Source of the DNA: a virus
Lineage: Duplodnaviria; Caudoviricetes
IMG/VR virus record: IMGVR_UViG_3300010362_000001
Span: 1 to 62,843 of that record
Reading direction: 5' to 3' (one strand)
DNA length: 62,843 nt
The first letter of the stretch is position 1; every line of letters begins with the position of its first letter. The notes beneath the pieces were generated by a model, which saw only the letters and a list, made by a program, of their open reading frames with translations, made no database searches and was not told the DNA's origin. Of this stretch, positions 12,882 to 22,992 are shown one piece after another. A program made the position numbers and the translations under genes.

Positions 12882-15800
12882 ATGCATCGTGCCAATCCGC
12901 TGTCAACGTCGTTTCGCGCGTTCACTGCAGGCGGCGCAAAGTCGATTGTCGACAAGATCGCCGACCATCCGCTCATGCAGGAAATGAGCGGCAACATGAT
13001 GAAGGGAGAAACACGCAAGAACGTCGAGTCGCCGCAGAACTACGGCTTCACGTCGGTCGTCGCCGATGCGCTCAAGGGCAAGGATGGCCTGATGAAGATG
13101 GGCGCCGAAGCGATCATGTCCTTCATGGGCGGCAACCGCAGCTTTCCCATGTGCACGTCGATGGACGATCGCCGGCATCGCTTGATCAACCTGATCAAGG
13201 ATGCCGCCAAGGGCGCGACCGCCATGTTCGGCCAGAAGGAATGGGGCCAGCAATTCCTCAACACCGATACCGGCATGTTCATGACCGGCAACCTGGAAAA
13301 GGTGATGAAGTTTGCGCTGACCGAGAACAAGAACGGGCAGACGCAAACGCAAAGCAACAAAGGGCCGAAGCTGGCGCGGACGTTTCGCAGCGAATCAGGT
13401 GTCGAGTTCGACATCGAAACGTATCTGCTCGATGCCGAAGATGAGGCAGTGTTGCGCCGCTGCGGCATCGATCCAGATCAGCATGAAACGCTGCAGGAGA
13501 AATTGCGCGCGGCCGGCATCAATCAACCGCATGGATCGTTGCGGGTCGGCCGGATGGTTGCAACGCCGCGGACGAATGCCGGGGCGAGTGGCACGAACAG
13601 TGACGGATCGGTCGGCACCAGCAAGGCGACCGGGCAAAAGACGCTGCACAAGGAACAGTCCGACACCTACGTCAACATGGACAAAAACGCCATCGCGACC
13701 AAGCGCGGCGATGGCAACGTCAACGTGACCGGCGACGTCGTTCAGACGTTCCACAAGGACAAGAGCCACGATACGCGCTGCGACAAGAATCACGTGCATA
13801 TCGGCTTCGGCGGCAACAAACTATGGGTCGACGCCACTGGCGTATGGGCATCCAAGCCGATCGAGATTCGCAGTTGCGACGATCAGAACGGCAGTAGTTC
13901 CGGGCCGCCAAAGACCGCCGGGCCAGCGGCACATTCGGCAGAGGCGCCGCTGTCGCTCAACGACGCCGGCAAGATGTCACTCGGCATGCAGGCGCCGCTG
14001 AAGACGGCGCCGGCCACTGGCCCAGTGGCCTTTCATCCCGGGACGACGGTGCCGATGGTCTCCGGCGGCGGCGAATTGTTTCTCGATATTGCGGCGCCGC
14101 TCTTCGTCACCAGCGACGGCAAGCTTAGCTCGACGGGCGGGGGCACTGGTGCGGTCAATCAGGTGACCGCAACAAACGGACTATCGGCCGCGCCGACGAC
14201 CGGCAATGTCGTCATCGGCATCAATGCCAACGGCATTCTTAATGCCAGCCTGGGCACGATGCCGGCGCATACCTACAAGGGCAACAACACCGGTGCGACG
14301 GCGACTCCGATCGATGTCACTGCGGCGCAATTGCTGACCGACATCGGCGCCGCACCGGCATCGCATACGCACGTCGCCGCCAACATCACCGATTTCTCGG
14401 AAGCGGTCGACGATCGCGTCAGCGGCCTACTCGTTCCGGGCGCCAACGTGACGCTCGTTTACAACGATGTTGCCGGTACGTTGACCATCAATTCGGCGTT
14501 CGTCGATGCGCCGAACGACGGCAAGATGTACGGCCGCCGTAGCGCGGCCTGGGCGCAGGCCGAAGACTTCGCCAACAAGGGCGTGGCCAACGGTTACGCT
14601 TCGCTCGATGCGGGCGCCAAGGTGCCGGCGGCGCAATTGCCGAGCTACGTCGATGATGTCCAAGAGTTTGCCAATCTTGCGGCGTTTCCGGCGACCGGAA
14701 CAGCAGACATCATTTACGTCGCGCTGGATACGGGCAAAATCTATCGCTGGTCCGGATCGGCCTATGTCGAGATCAGTCCGTCGCCTGGCTCTACCGATGC
14801 GGTGCCCGAAGGCTCGACGAACCTCTATTTCACCACGGGTCGCGCATCGGCCGCGGCGCCGGTGCAAAGCGTGGCGAGCAAGACCGGCGCGGTAACCCTG
14901 GTCAAGGGCGACGTGGGCTTGGGCAACGTCGACAACACCAGCGATCTCAACAAGCCGATCTCGACCGCGACGCAGACAGCACTGAACGGCAAGCAGCCGC
15001 TCGACGGCGATCTGACGTCGCTCGCCGGCCAGACCAGCACCGACGTGATGGTGTACCGGAGCGCAACAGATACCTGGGCGCCGGTCACGATCGGATCGGG
15101 GATTACGTTCGCCGGCGGCACGCTGGCGGCATCGGCCAGCGGCGGCAACGTCAGCAACAGCGGCACGCCGACTAACGGGCAGATCGCGCAATGGACGGAC
15201 GCCACGCACATTCAGGGCGTAAATGCGTCATCGCTCGGCTTGGCGGCAGCCAGCGAAGCCTTCGTCACCATCGGCAATCCGGCGGGCTTGAGCAGCGAGC
15301 GGGCGCTAACTGCCGGGCCGGGCATCACCTTGACCGATGGCGGCGCGAACGGCGCGGCGACGCTGGCGGCGTTCCTGCACGGCAAGTGCCGTCTCGTAAA
15401 GTCGGGCAGCAATCTCCTGCTGCAAATCTATGACGGCAACACGCTGATCATCAACGGCAAGGTCTGCACCATTCCCGATGCCGGTGTGACGCTGGCGCCG
15501 ACGGGCCTGACGGTTGGTACGCAATATTTCATCTATGCGACGGAATCGGGCGGGGTCGTCAACGCGCTCGAAGCATCAACGACGACATGGGCCACATCGT
15601 TTGCCGCCGGCAACAAGGGCGTGAATACCAAGAGCGGCGACGCAACAAGAACGCTGGTTGCCACAGCAGTTCCGGCAACTGGCCCGGCTTGGGCGGATAC
15701 GCCGACGGCGCGACTGGTCCGCTCGTGGTTCAATCGGCCGCCGCTGGCGATGCACACCAATCTGTCGTCAAATACATCAACGACAGCCGGTCCATGGACG

Positions 15801-16094
15801 ACAGTGAGCAGTGATGGACTGTTCTTCGTAACGTGGCCGGACGAATTGGTTACGCTGCGGGCGAACATCAAGCAGACCTGCAGTGTGACGGCGGGACTTT
15901 ACGCCGGGCTTCTTGTGGATGGCTCGTTCCTGTGCGGGATGTATTGCACCGGTGCCGAGATGCAGAGCGCTCCATCGGCAACGGTTACCATTGGCGGCGG
16001 CTACCATACCGCCAATCTCGCGCAAGGCACTACGGCAGGCACGATAACCATGCAGGCCAGCGGCTACACCAGTTACGGGGCGTTCATAGGGTGA
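12882..16094 (+). CDS. Baseplate spike (Mu gp45-like) fused to a long fibre/receptor-binding region
   Basis: N-terminal VE..QNYGFTS, GAEA....GGNRS, DDRRHR; C-terminal fibre motifs (DAPNDGKMYGR, STDAVPEGSTNLYFT, VGLGNVDNTSD). Confidence 0.8.
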   Translation: MHRANPLSTSFRAFTAGGAKSIVDKIADHPLMQEMSGNMMKGETRKNVESPQNYGFTSVVADALKGKDGLMKMGAEAIMSFMGGNRSFPMCTSMDDRRHRLINLIKDAAKGATAMFGQKEWGQQFLNTDTGMFMTGNLEKVMKFALTENKNGQTQTQSNKGPKLARTFRSESGVEFDIETYLLDAEDEAVLRRCGIDPDQHETLQEKLRAAGINQPHGSLRVGRMVATPRTNAGASGTNSDGSVGTSKATGQKTLHKEQSDTYVNMDKNAIATKRGDGNVNVTGDVVQTFHKDKSHDTRCDKNHVHIGFGGNKLWVDATGVWASKPIEIRSCDDQNGSSSGPPKTAGPAAHSAEAPLSLNDAGKMSLGMQAPLKTAPATGPVAFHPGTTVPMVSGGGELFLDIAAPLFVTSDGKLSSTGGGTGAVNQVTATNGLSAAPTTGNVVIGINANGILNASLGTMPAHTYKGNNTGATATPIDVTAAQLLTDIGAAPASHTHVAANITDFSEAVDDRVSGLLVPGANVTLVYNDVAGTLTINSAFVDAPNDGKMYGRRSAAWAQAEDFANKGVANGYASLDAGAKVPAAQLPSYVDDVQEFANLAAFPATGTADIIYVALDTGKIYRWSGSAYVEISPSPGSTDAVPEGSTNLYFTTGRASAAAPVQSVASKTGAVTLVKGDVGLGNVDNTSDLNKPISTATQTALNGKQPLDGDLTSLAGQTSTDVMVYRSATDTWAPVTIGSGITFAGGTLAASASGGNVSNSGTPTNGQIAQWTDATHIQGVNASSLGLAAASEAFVTIGNPAGLSSERALTAGPGITLTDGGANGAATLAAFLHGKCRLVKSGSNLLLQIYDGNTLIINGKVCTIPDAGVTLAPTGLTVGTQYFIYATESGGVVNALEASTTTWATSFAAGNKGVNTKSGDATRTLVATAVPATGPAWADTPTARLVRSWFNRPPLAMHTNLSSNTSTTAGPWTTVSSDGLFFVTWPDELVTLRANIKQTCSVTAGLYAGLLVDGSFLCGMYCTGAEMQSAPSATVTIGGGYHTANLAQGTTAGTITMQASGYTSYGAFIG

Positions 16095-16095
16095 C

Positions 16096-16524
16096 GTGAT
16101 GGCAAAACAGTTAGGGCCAACGTTTGGAGATGAGGTGGTCGCGGCAGGCCTGGGCGGACTGCCGTTCGCGTGGGGAGCCACTGACGATACGATCACGGGG
16201 CGCGAGAACCTGACGACTGAGCAGAACACGACGCTTGACAACGTGGTCGCTGCGCACGACCCGACCAAGAAGCGCAAGAACATCATCGCGACGACGGACT
16301 TCATCGCGCGCTGGACCAATCAGGAATATCTCGCGCTGGAGAAGAAGCGGCGCGACGACATCGCGGCCAACAAGATCGGCAACGCGAAGAACTGGGACGT
16401 CGTCACGACGTGTGACGACATCGACATGAACCGGCAGAAATTTCAGAACCTGAAGACTGACCTTGTCGCCGACGGCATCCTGACGCAGGCGCGGGCTGAC
16501 GAGATCTTCGATACGCCGCCATGA
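16096..16524 (+). CDS. Putative fibre assembly chaperone
   Basis: Follows the fibre; AAHDP, F.ARWT..E, GILT.ARADEI pattern. Confidence 0.6.
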   Translation: MMAKQLGPTFGDEVVAAGLGGLPFAWGATDDTITGRENLTTEQNTTLDNVVAAHDPTKKRKNIIATTDFIARWTNQEYLALEKKRRDDIAANKIGNAKNWDVVTTCDDIDMNRQKFQNLKTDLVADGILTQARADEIFDTPP

Positions 16525-17054
16525 CCGACATCCGACTCGTCCAGCGCGGCGACTTCCCGGCGCAGACCGAGGTTTCGGTTGATTGGTTTCTGCGCTCCGA
16601 CGGCACGCTCGACGAGAATCAAGCGCTGGCGACGGCGGTGATCGTCGCGCTCGGCACCGATCGCCTCGCCGAGCGTACGGACATTTTGCCGGATCCCGAT
16701 TCGACCGATCGCCGGGGTTGGTGGGGCGATCTCGACGCCAAAGAACTGTTCGATGGTTGGAATATCGGCTCGCGGTTGTGGCTGCTCAAGCGCGCCAAGA
16801 TCACCGGGCCGGGCGCGCAGGGCGGCGCGACGGTGCGGCTGGTCGAGATCTATATCCGCGAGGCGATCCAGCCCTTCATCGATCGCCGTATTGCTTCGCG
16901 TATGGATGTCTCTGTTCATCGGATCGGCACCGAACGCATTGACGCGCTGGTGCGGCTCTATCGCGGTCCCGAACTTGCCGTCGACCTGCGCTTCCAGGTG
17001 CTGTGGGCCGGGATAATGCAAACGTCGCCGATGGGCGAATTCTTCAGTCCGTAA
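16521..17054 (+). CDS. Baseplate protein (Mu gp46-like)
   Basis: L.TAV.V.L.TDR.A, RRGWWGD, IGSRLWLL.RAK. Confidence 0.9.
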   Translation: MTDIRLVQRGDFPAQTEVSVDWFLRSDGTLDENQALATAVIVALGTDRLAERTDILPDPDSTDRRGWWGDLDAKELFDGWNIGSRLWLLKRAKITGPGAQGGATVRLVEIYIREAIQPFIDRRIASRMDVSVHRIGTERIDALVRLYRGPELAVDLRFQVLWAGIMQTSPMGEFFSP

Positions 17055-17072
17055 AAATCGATAGGGCTTCCG

Positions 17073-18155
17073 ATGCCGTGGGCAACGCCAACACTCAAGG
17101 AAGTGCGCGGTCTCGTGCGCGACAACGTGCGCGCCTCGTTGCCCGGTGCCGATGCCAGTGTGCCCAATTCGGTATTGCGCGTTCTGTCCGATGCGCAAGG
17201 CGGACTCTGCCATCTGACGCTGCAATACATCGACTGGCTGTCGCTGCAGCTTTTGCCCGACACTGCCGAGACCGAATGGCTCGATCGTCACGGCGACATC
17301 TGGCTTACCAATGCCGACGGCACCACGGGCCGCAAGCAGGCGACGCTGGCGACGGGCACGGTGGAATTCACCGGCACGTCGGGCACCGTCATTCCAATGG
17401 GCACGCGATTGGCCGGTGCCGGTGATGTCGAATACGAAACCACGGCGGAGATCACCATCGGCACGGCGGCAACGCCTGCGCCCGTGCGCGCGCTTGAACC
17501 GGGCGCCGCGAGCAATCGCGATGATGGATCATCGCTCAGTCTCATTCCGGACATTCCCGGAGCGGACGGCGAAGTCACGGTGGTCGAGCTTACGGGCGGC
17601 GTCGACACTGAAAGCGATGACGATCTGCGCGCGCGCATTCTGCACCGAATCCAGAACCCGCCAATGGGCGGCGCCGTTGCCGATTACGTGACATGGGCGC
17701 TCGCCGTGCCCGGCGTCACGCGCGCCTGGGCGGCACCGGAACAAGGGCTAGGCACCATCACGGTGCGCTTTCTGATGGACGATCTGCGCGCCGATGATGA
17801 CGGCTGGCCGACGCCAACCGACGTGCAGACGGTGCACAATTACATCAACAAGATGCGGCCAGTGACGGTGAAAGATTGCTACGTTCTGGCGCCAATCAAA
17901 GAATTCATCAATATCACCATCGTCGATCTGGAACCGGCGAGCGCGCAAGGCGCGGTCGAAGCCAGCCTGCGCGATATGCTGTTCGTGAAAGCGGCGCCCG
18001 GGCAGACGATCTATTCCGCCTGGATCTCCTACGCCATCATGAGCGCGCCCGACGTCGTATCGTTCAAACTGACGACGACCAATGACTTCATCATGCCGTC
18101 GCTCGGTCACATGGCGGTGCTCGGCACCATCCTGTTTGAAGAAACGACGACATGA
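17073..18155 (+). CDS. Baseplate J-like wedge (Mu gp47)
   Basis: QLLPDTAE..WL, GGVDTESDDDLRARIL, GG...DY..WAL.VPGVTRAW. Confidence 0.95.
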   Translation: MPWATPTLKEVRGLVRDNVRASLPGADASVPNSVLRVLSDAQGGLCHLTLQYIDWLSLQLLPDTAETEWLDRHGDIWLTNADGTTGRKQATLATGTVEFTGTSGTVIPMGTRLAGAGDVEYETTAEITIGTAATPAPVRALEPGAASNRDDGSSLSLIPDIPGADGEVTVVELTGGVDTESDDDLRARILHRIQNPPMGGAVADYVTWALAVPGVTRAWAAPEQGLGTITVRFLMDDLRADDDGWPTPTDVQTVHNYINKMRPVTVKDCYVLAPIKEFINITIVDLEPASAQGAVEASLRDMLFVKAAPGQTIYSAWISYAIMSAPDVVSFKLTTTNDFIMPSLGHMAVLGTILFEETTT

Positions 18156-18940
18156 GCGACAGGCATCTTCGCCGCCTCGGTCAGGACTATGGTAGCGCGT
18201 TTCTGACGCTTCTGCCGCAAGGGCAAGCGTGGCCAAAAGAGCCCGGCAGCACATTGGATGCGGCTTGTCGCGGGCTCGCGGAATATTGGGGCTTCGTCGA
18301 TGGCCGCGCCGCCGATCTCTTGGAACGCGACAGCGACCCGCGCAAGACAACCGATGTCGTCGATGCCAACGGCGTGCGCGATGGACTTTTATCCGACTGG
18401 GAACGCAACTGGGGACTGCCGGATCCCTGCTATACGGCGCCGCTGACGATCGGCGAACGCCAGCTTGCGCTGGTCATGCGGATGACGATGCAGGGCGCGC
18501 AGTCGCGCGAGTTCTTCATCAACGTCGCGGCGCAGATCGGCTACACGATCACCATCACGGAATATCGGACGTTCGTTGTCGGCATCGATCATGTCGGCGA
18601 CGCCCGGACCATCGGCGACGGCTCGCTGATGTACAACGAATGGGGCAATCCCATTCTCAACACGATTGGCGAGCCGGTTGCTGAAGGCGAAATGTCGGAA
18701 TGGCCCTATTACGGACTCGGGCCAGAAATCAACCGCTTCTATTGGACGGTCCACGTCGCGCAAGCAAAACTGATCTGGTTCCGCTGCAACAGCGGGCAAT
18801 GCGGCGTCGATCCACACTTGCGCATCGGCACGGCTGACGATCTCGAATGTCTGCTCAATCGCTGGAAGCCGGCTCATACGCAAATCATCTTTGACTATTC
18901 GGGCCTGTCGAGCGGCGGCGAGATGGCCGGCACGCCATGA
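18152..18940 (+). CDS. Baseplate protein (Mu gp48/YmfQ-like)
   Basis: LLP.G.AW, LL.DWER..GLPD.C, LEC.LNR.KPAHT. Confidence 0.9.
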   Translation: MSDRHLRRLGQDYGSAFLTLLPQGQAWPKEPGSTLDAACRGLAEYWGFVDGRAADLLERDSDPRKTTDVVDANGVRDGLLSDWERNWGLPDPCYTAPLTIGERQLALVMRMTMQGAQSREFFINVAAQIGYTITITEYRTFVVGIDHVGDARTIGDGSLMYNEWGNPILNTIGEPVAEGEMSEWPYYGLGPEINRFYWTVHVAQAKLIWFRCNSGQCGVDPHLRIGTADDLECLLNRWKPAHTQIIFDYSGLSSGGEMAGTP

Positions 18941-18961
18941 ACTGAAAACAGGAGGGCAATT

Positions 18962-20263
18962 GTGAAATACAATCAGCCGTACGGCGTCAGCGACGTCAAC
19001 GCGCCATACATCAACGGCAATCCCTCCACCGGCACGATGGGATCGATTCCGCCGGCTGCGTCGATCGAGTATCCGCAACGCGAGATCGTGAACATCATCA
19101 GCGACTGCGGCATCACGCCCGACAATGCCGATTTGCATCAGGTGGCCAAGGCCGTGCAATCGGGCATGGTCCTGTATGGCGTCGACACCGGCGTCAAGAA
19201 TCAAGTCACTGTCAATCTGACGCCGACACCGAGCAAATATCACGATGGCATGTTCGTCTGGGTCACGCCAATTGTCACTAACGACGGACCGAGTACCGTC
19301 AACGTCAACGCGCTCGGCGCCAGAAACATCGTGCGACGCGGCGGCGCTGCGCTAAGCGCCGGCGATCTGATCGGCGGCTATCGCTCGCTGCTTTGCTATA
19401 GTGCGCTGCACGCCAACTTCGAACTGTACGGAATCGATTTCGGCACGCCGGGCGGCTTTCTGCCGATCCTGACCGCTAACACCAATCTCTATGTCAACGG
19501 CACAACCGGCGACGACACGATCTACGACGGTACGACGCCAACCGTTGCCGCGCCGCATGGTCCGTTCAAAACCATTGGTCGCGCCGTCAACGAAACTTGG
19601 AAATATGGGCCGTCGCTCTATACGATGACGATCAACATCGCGGCCGGGACGTATACCGAGAACGTGCAGACACCGAACATCGTTGGCCCGACGACGATCT
19701 TCAAGGGCGCGGGGATTACGCAAACGTTCGTGCAGTGTCCATCGGGCGGCGGTTATACGTTTCTCAGTCAGGCATCGAATCGCATCATCATTCAGGATTT
19801 GCACGCCGCCGCGGTGTCGACCGTGGAAGGCAGTTCGATCTTTGTCTCGACCACCGGCGCGAAGCTGGAAACGGCGAATACCGCGACCGGCGGCGCGCCG
19901 CATGGTTACATCTTCGATGCGTTGGGCGGCTATCTGTATGCCGGCAACAACAATTTCGACAGCGGCACGGTATGTTATGCGGTCTTTACATCGTTCACTG
20001 GCGGCAATCTGGTCCTCTTGAATAGCGTCTATACGCATATGGGCGCGCTGACATGCAACGTCTATGCGACAGCAGTGGGCTTGGCCGTCATTTCAACTAA
20101 TCCACCGGGTGCGGGCGACCCGTCGTTTTCCAGCCCGGGCTTTGTTACCGGGTCGAAATGGTCGACCGATCTGAACGGCACCATCAACACGCAAGGTCAT
20201 TCCGTCTCATATTTCCCCGGCACGGCCGCGGGCGCGAGCAGCAGGGGCGGCCAGTACGGCTAA
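18962..20263 (+). CDS. Tail fibre/tailspike with possible beta-helix C-terminus
   Basis: E.PQREIVN.I...G.TPD..DL.Q baseplate anchor; LYVN..TG.D...G....PFKTI..A, I.IAAGTY.E. Confidence 0.8.
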   Translation: MKYNQPYGVSDVNAPYINGNPSTGTMGSIPPAASIEYPQREIVNIISDCGITPDNADLHQVAKAVQSGMVLYGVDTGVKNQVTVNLTPTPSKYHDGMFVWVTPIVTNDGPSTVNVNALGARNIVRRGGAALSAGDLIGGYRSLLCYSALHANFELYGIDFGTPGGFLPILTANTNLYVNGTTGDDTIYDGTTPTVAAPHGPFKTIGRAVNETWKYGPSLYTMTINIAAGTYTENVQTPNIVGPTTIFKGAGITQTFVQCPSGGGYTFLSQASNRIIIQDLHAAAVSTVEGSSIFVSTTGAKLETANTATGGAPHGYIFDALGGYLYAGNNNFDSGTVCYAVFTSFTGGNLVLLNSVYTHMGALTCNVYATAVGLAVISTNPPGAGDPSFSSPGFVTGSKWSTDLNGTINTQGHSVSYFPGTAAGASSRGGQYG

Positions 20264-20278
20264 CAGGAGCAAACGGCT

Positions 20279-20869
20279 ATGCAGATGCAGATGTTTTTCG
20301 CGCAGGACTGGTATTGGACCGTCGGCGGCGACCAGACCAAAGTCTATTCGTCGAAGCGTAACATCTATGTCGCAACAAGCGATGCCGACTTTCAGCAATG
20401 GGGGAGCGGTGGTCGGGTTGCGAGCCCGGCGGATAGCGAAGCCGACATCTGGTATCACGTGCAATCATTCACGCCTTTATGGTTGTGGAACGGCACCACC
20501 ATGTCGCAGCCTGCGGTCGGGCAATATACCAAGGACCAGCTTGCGAACTACAACGCCGTCGCGCGTTACGACCAAGTGGTCGGCGGCATGATTGCGGCCG
20601 GTGTGCCGGTCAAAACCGATGATCGCTCACGCGGCTTAATCGATGGCGCGCGCACGTCAGCTACCACCGATCCAAACTTCACGACGAAGTGGTATGGCTC
20701 GGATGGCAATTTCTACGACGTTGACGCCGCTCAGATGATTGAAATGTCGAACGCCGTCGGCAATCATACCAACCAGTGTTACATCATCTTTGCCGCGAAT
20801 GCAGACGCGATCACCGTAGGCACCATGACGACTCTTCAGCAAATCGATGATTCCTACAGCAGCGTGTGA
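20279..20869 (+). CDS. Tail fibre assembly protein (DUF4376-like)
   Basis: RY....GG....GV.V.TDDRSR.LI; downstream of the fibre. Confidence 0.65.
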   Translation: MQMQMFFAQDWYWTVGGDQTKVYSSKRNIYVATSDADFQQWGSGGRVASPADSEADIWYHVQSFTPLWLWNGTTMSQPAVGQYTKDQLANYNAVARYDQVVGGMIAAGVPVKTDDRSRGLIDGARTSATTDPNFTTKWYGSDGNFYDVDAAQMIEMSNAVGNHTNQCYIIFAANADAITVGTMTTLQQIDDSYSSV

Positions 20870-20872
20870 ACC

Positions 20873-21217
20873 ATGGCCATCGTCAACATCACCTGCGAAA
20901 ATGATGCGGACTTCTACCGCAGCTTTGCCTACCAGACGCAGGCAGGCATCCCGATCAATATCACGGGCGCGGGCATGGTGATGAAGTTGCGCAAGCATGC
21001 GGCCGATGTCATTGCGTTGCTTGAACTGTCGACAGACGAAGGCGAGATCGTGCTGGCCAATCCGGCGCAGGGCCTGTTCACGGTCTTCATCGCGCAGGAA
21101 CGTCTGGTGCAGATGGTGACCGGCGATTACGAACATTCATTGATCATGTCGCTCAACGATCTGAAGACCCGGATCTGGTCCGGCATCTTTACAGTGACTC
21201 CAGGGCCCTCGCGATGA
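20873..21217 (+). CDS. Fibre adaptor (BppU-like beta-sandwich)
   Basis: DF...F......PI.ITG, G.Y...L.....RIW.G.F.V. Confidence 0.55.
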   Translation: MAIVNITCENDADFYRSFAYQTQAGIPINITGAGMVMKLRKHAADVIALLELSTDEGEIVLANPAQGLFTVFIAQERLVQMVTGDYEHSLIMSLNDLKTRIWSGIFTVTPGPSR

Positions 21218-22584
21218 ATGATCTCGTAACTGGCGACGGCGTTGCGGTCAGCGATGACAACAGCGTCACCGTCATTCAAGAACCGAGTTCGGTCGGCATC
21301 ATCCAAACCGGCGATCAGGGGCCGCCCGGCATCCGCGGCAATTCGGTGCTGTCCGGCCCGACGGATCCGACCAATCTCGATGGCCGCGATGGCGATTACT
21401 ACATCAACACGTCGACATATTTCATCTTCGGCCCGAAGGCGGCGGGGTTCTGGCCGCCCGCCGGCACGTCTATGGTTGGGCCGCCGGGTCCGGTCTCTAC
21501 CGCCGACCCGCCGCTGCAGATCACCGGCAATAAAGTCGTATTGCTGAAAGACAGCACGCTTGTCGTGACCGGCGGCGCACTCGGCGTTGCGCCAACGATT
21601 GCGCCGCTCGACAGTCCCCTCTTCACCGGGGATCCAAGAGCGCCGACGCCAACAACGGCGGATAACGACACGTCGATCGCGACAACGGCCTACGTCAAGG
21701 CCAATCTTGCGACCTATGCGCCGCTCAACGCGCCGGTGTTCACTGGTGATGCGCGCTCGGTGACGCCAAGCGCCGGCGACAACGACACATCGATTGCGAC
21801 GACTGCGTTCGTGACGACAGCACTCGCCGCGGTCAGCGTCGGAGTCATCGGCCAGTGCCAGCTTCAATACATCAGCGGCGCGCAACTGCGCCTCGTTCCC
21901 TACAATGGCAATAAGATTGTCATCAACGCCACGACGCAGACCATCCCCGATGCCGGTGTCAATATCGCGTCCGGCACGTTCACGAACGCCGTCAGCTATT
22001 TTATCTATGCATTCATGAGCGGCGGCGTGATGACCTTGGAGAACTCGACTACGGCGCCGGCAGTGCAAGCTGGCACCGGCATCAAGATCAAGTCCGGGGA
22101 TGCAACGCGCACGCTGGTCGGCTTTGTACAGATGCAGGGCGGTACGTTCCAGGACAACAATGCCATGCGTCTTGTGCGATCATGGTTCAATGACAGGCAA
22201 TGCAATACGAGTACGACACTGTCAGGCAACATTACTACCACGTCAACGACATGGGTGGAAGTTGACAGCAGCGCGCGCATGCAAGCGTTGCTATGGAACA
22301 GCGAGTTTTTCCGGGGATGGATCACGGGCTCGGTGATCAGCACAACACAAGGCATGCAATATCAATTCGGGCTGGCGTTCAACGGGGGCACGGGAAGCAT
22401 GCAGGTGTTTTGTTTCGGCTATATTCCGGTGGCGAGTTATTACATTCCTTTTTCTGTTGCCTCGTCGGCGTATCAGGCGACGGCTGATGCTTTGAATTAT
22501 ATCTCGATCCACGCGCAGGCCAACGCGGCGCCCGGTTTTACGACATCCGGGATAACCACTCTCACTGGCGTGGTGAGCAGGTAA
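21214..22584 (+). CDS. Accessory tail fibre
   Basis: G.DGDYYINT, two APLxSP.FTG.P..PTP...DNDTSIATTA repeats; C-terminus related to the gp45 fusion. Confidence 0.8.
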   Translation: MNDLVTGDGVAVSDDNSVTVIQEPSSVGIIQTGDQGPPGIRGNSVLSGPTDPTNLDGRDGDYYINTSTYFIFGPKAAGFWPPAGTSMVGPPGPVSTADPPLQITGNKVVLLKDSTLVVTGGALGVAPTIAPLDSPLFTGDPRAPTPTTADNDTSIATTAYVKANLATYAPLNAPVFTGDARSVTPSAGDNDTSIATTAFVTTALAAVSVGVIGQCQLQYISGAQLRLVPYNGNKIVINATTQTIPDAGVNIASGTFTNAVSYFIYAFMSGGVMTLENSTTAPAVQAGTGIKIKSGDATRTLVGFVQMQGGTFQDNNAMRLVRSWFNDRQCNTSTTLSGNITTTSTTWVEVDSSARMQALLWNSEFFRGWITGSVISTTQGMQYQFGLAFNGGTGSMQVFCFGYIPVASYYIPFSVASSAYQATADALNYISIHAQANAAPGFTTSGITTLTGVVSR

Positions 22585-22586
22585 CT

Positions 22587-22685
22587 ATGCATGCCGGCCG
22601 ACCCAATGGCATGCGCGTGCTGCTATGGCTGGCGCTGGTGGTGGTCGTGCTCGTCTTTATTCTGGCGCTGTTCGGCGTGAAGTAA
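22587..22685 (+). CDS. Tiny membrane peptide (possible lysis accessory)
   Basis: 32-aa ORF with one strongly hydrophobic segment; below the ORF-track cutoff. Confidence 0.35.
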   Translation: MHAGRPNGMRVLLWLALVVVVLVFILALFGVK

Positions 22686-22773
22686 TGGGATATGATGATG
22701 CCTTGCCGCAAATGCGAAGCAGCGCGCAACGCCGCGCGCGAGATCTGGAAACGACTCGTGCGCAGGAAGCCGC

Positions 22774-22992
22774 ATGTCGCTGAACATCCCGCAAGCGGTG
22801 CTGTACGACGCATTGAACCGCGCGCTGAAGGCACACGTCGCGCGCCTGTACGGCGGGCTGCTCGACAGCGATGATGCCGACCGCCTCGCGCGGTTCGAGC
22901 TGGGCGTGCGCAAGGGGCTCGCGGTTTACGAAGATGCCATGCGCATCGTGACGCGCATCACGGCCGATCCCGCGGCAGAGGATTTATCATGA
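22774..22992 (+). CDS. Hypothetical helical protein, paralogue of 24208-24420
   Basis: ATGA overlap with the endolysin; shared AL.RA...RL...RF..G....VY..A..I. Confidence 0.6.
   Translation: MSLNIPQAVLYDALNRALKAHVARLYGGLLDSDDADRLARFELGVRKGLAVYEDAMRIVTRITADPAAEDLS

Noticed and set aside
15381-22584. Diversity-generating retroelement or invertible fibre switch
   Set aside because: No reverse transcriptase or serine invertase gene, no adenine-specific TR/VR pair; similarity is at diverged protein level
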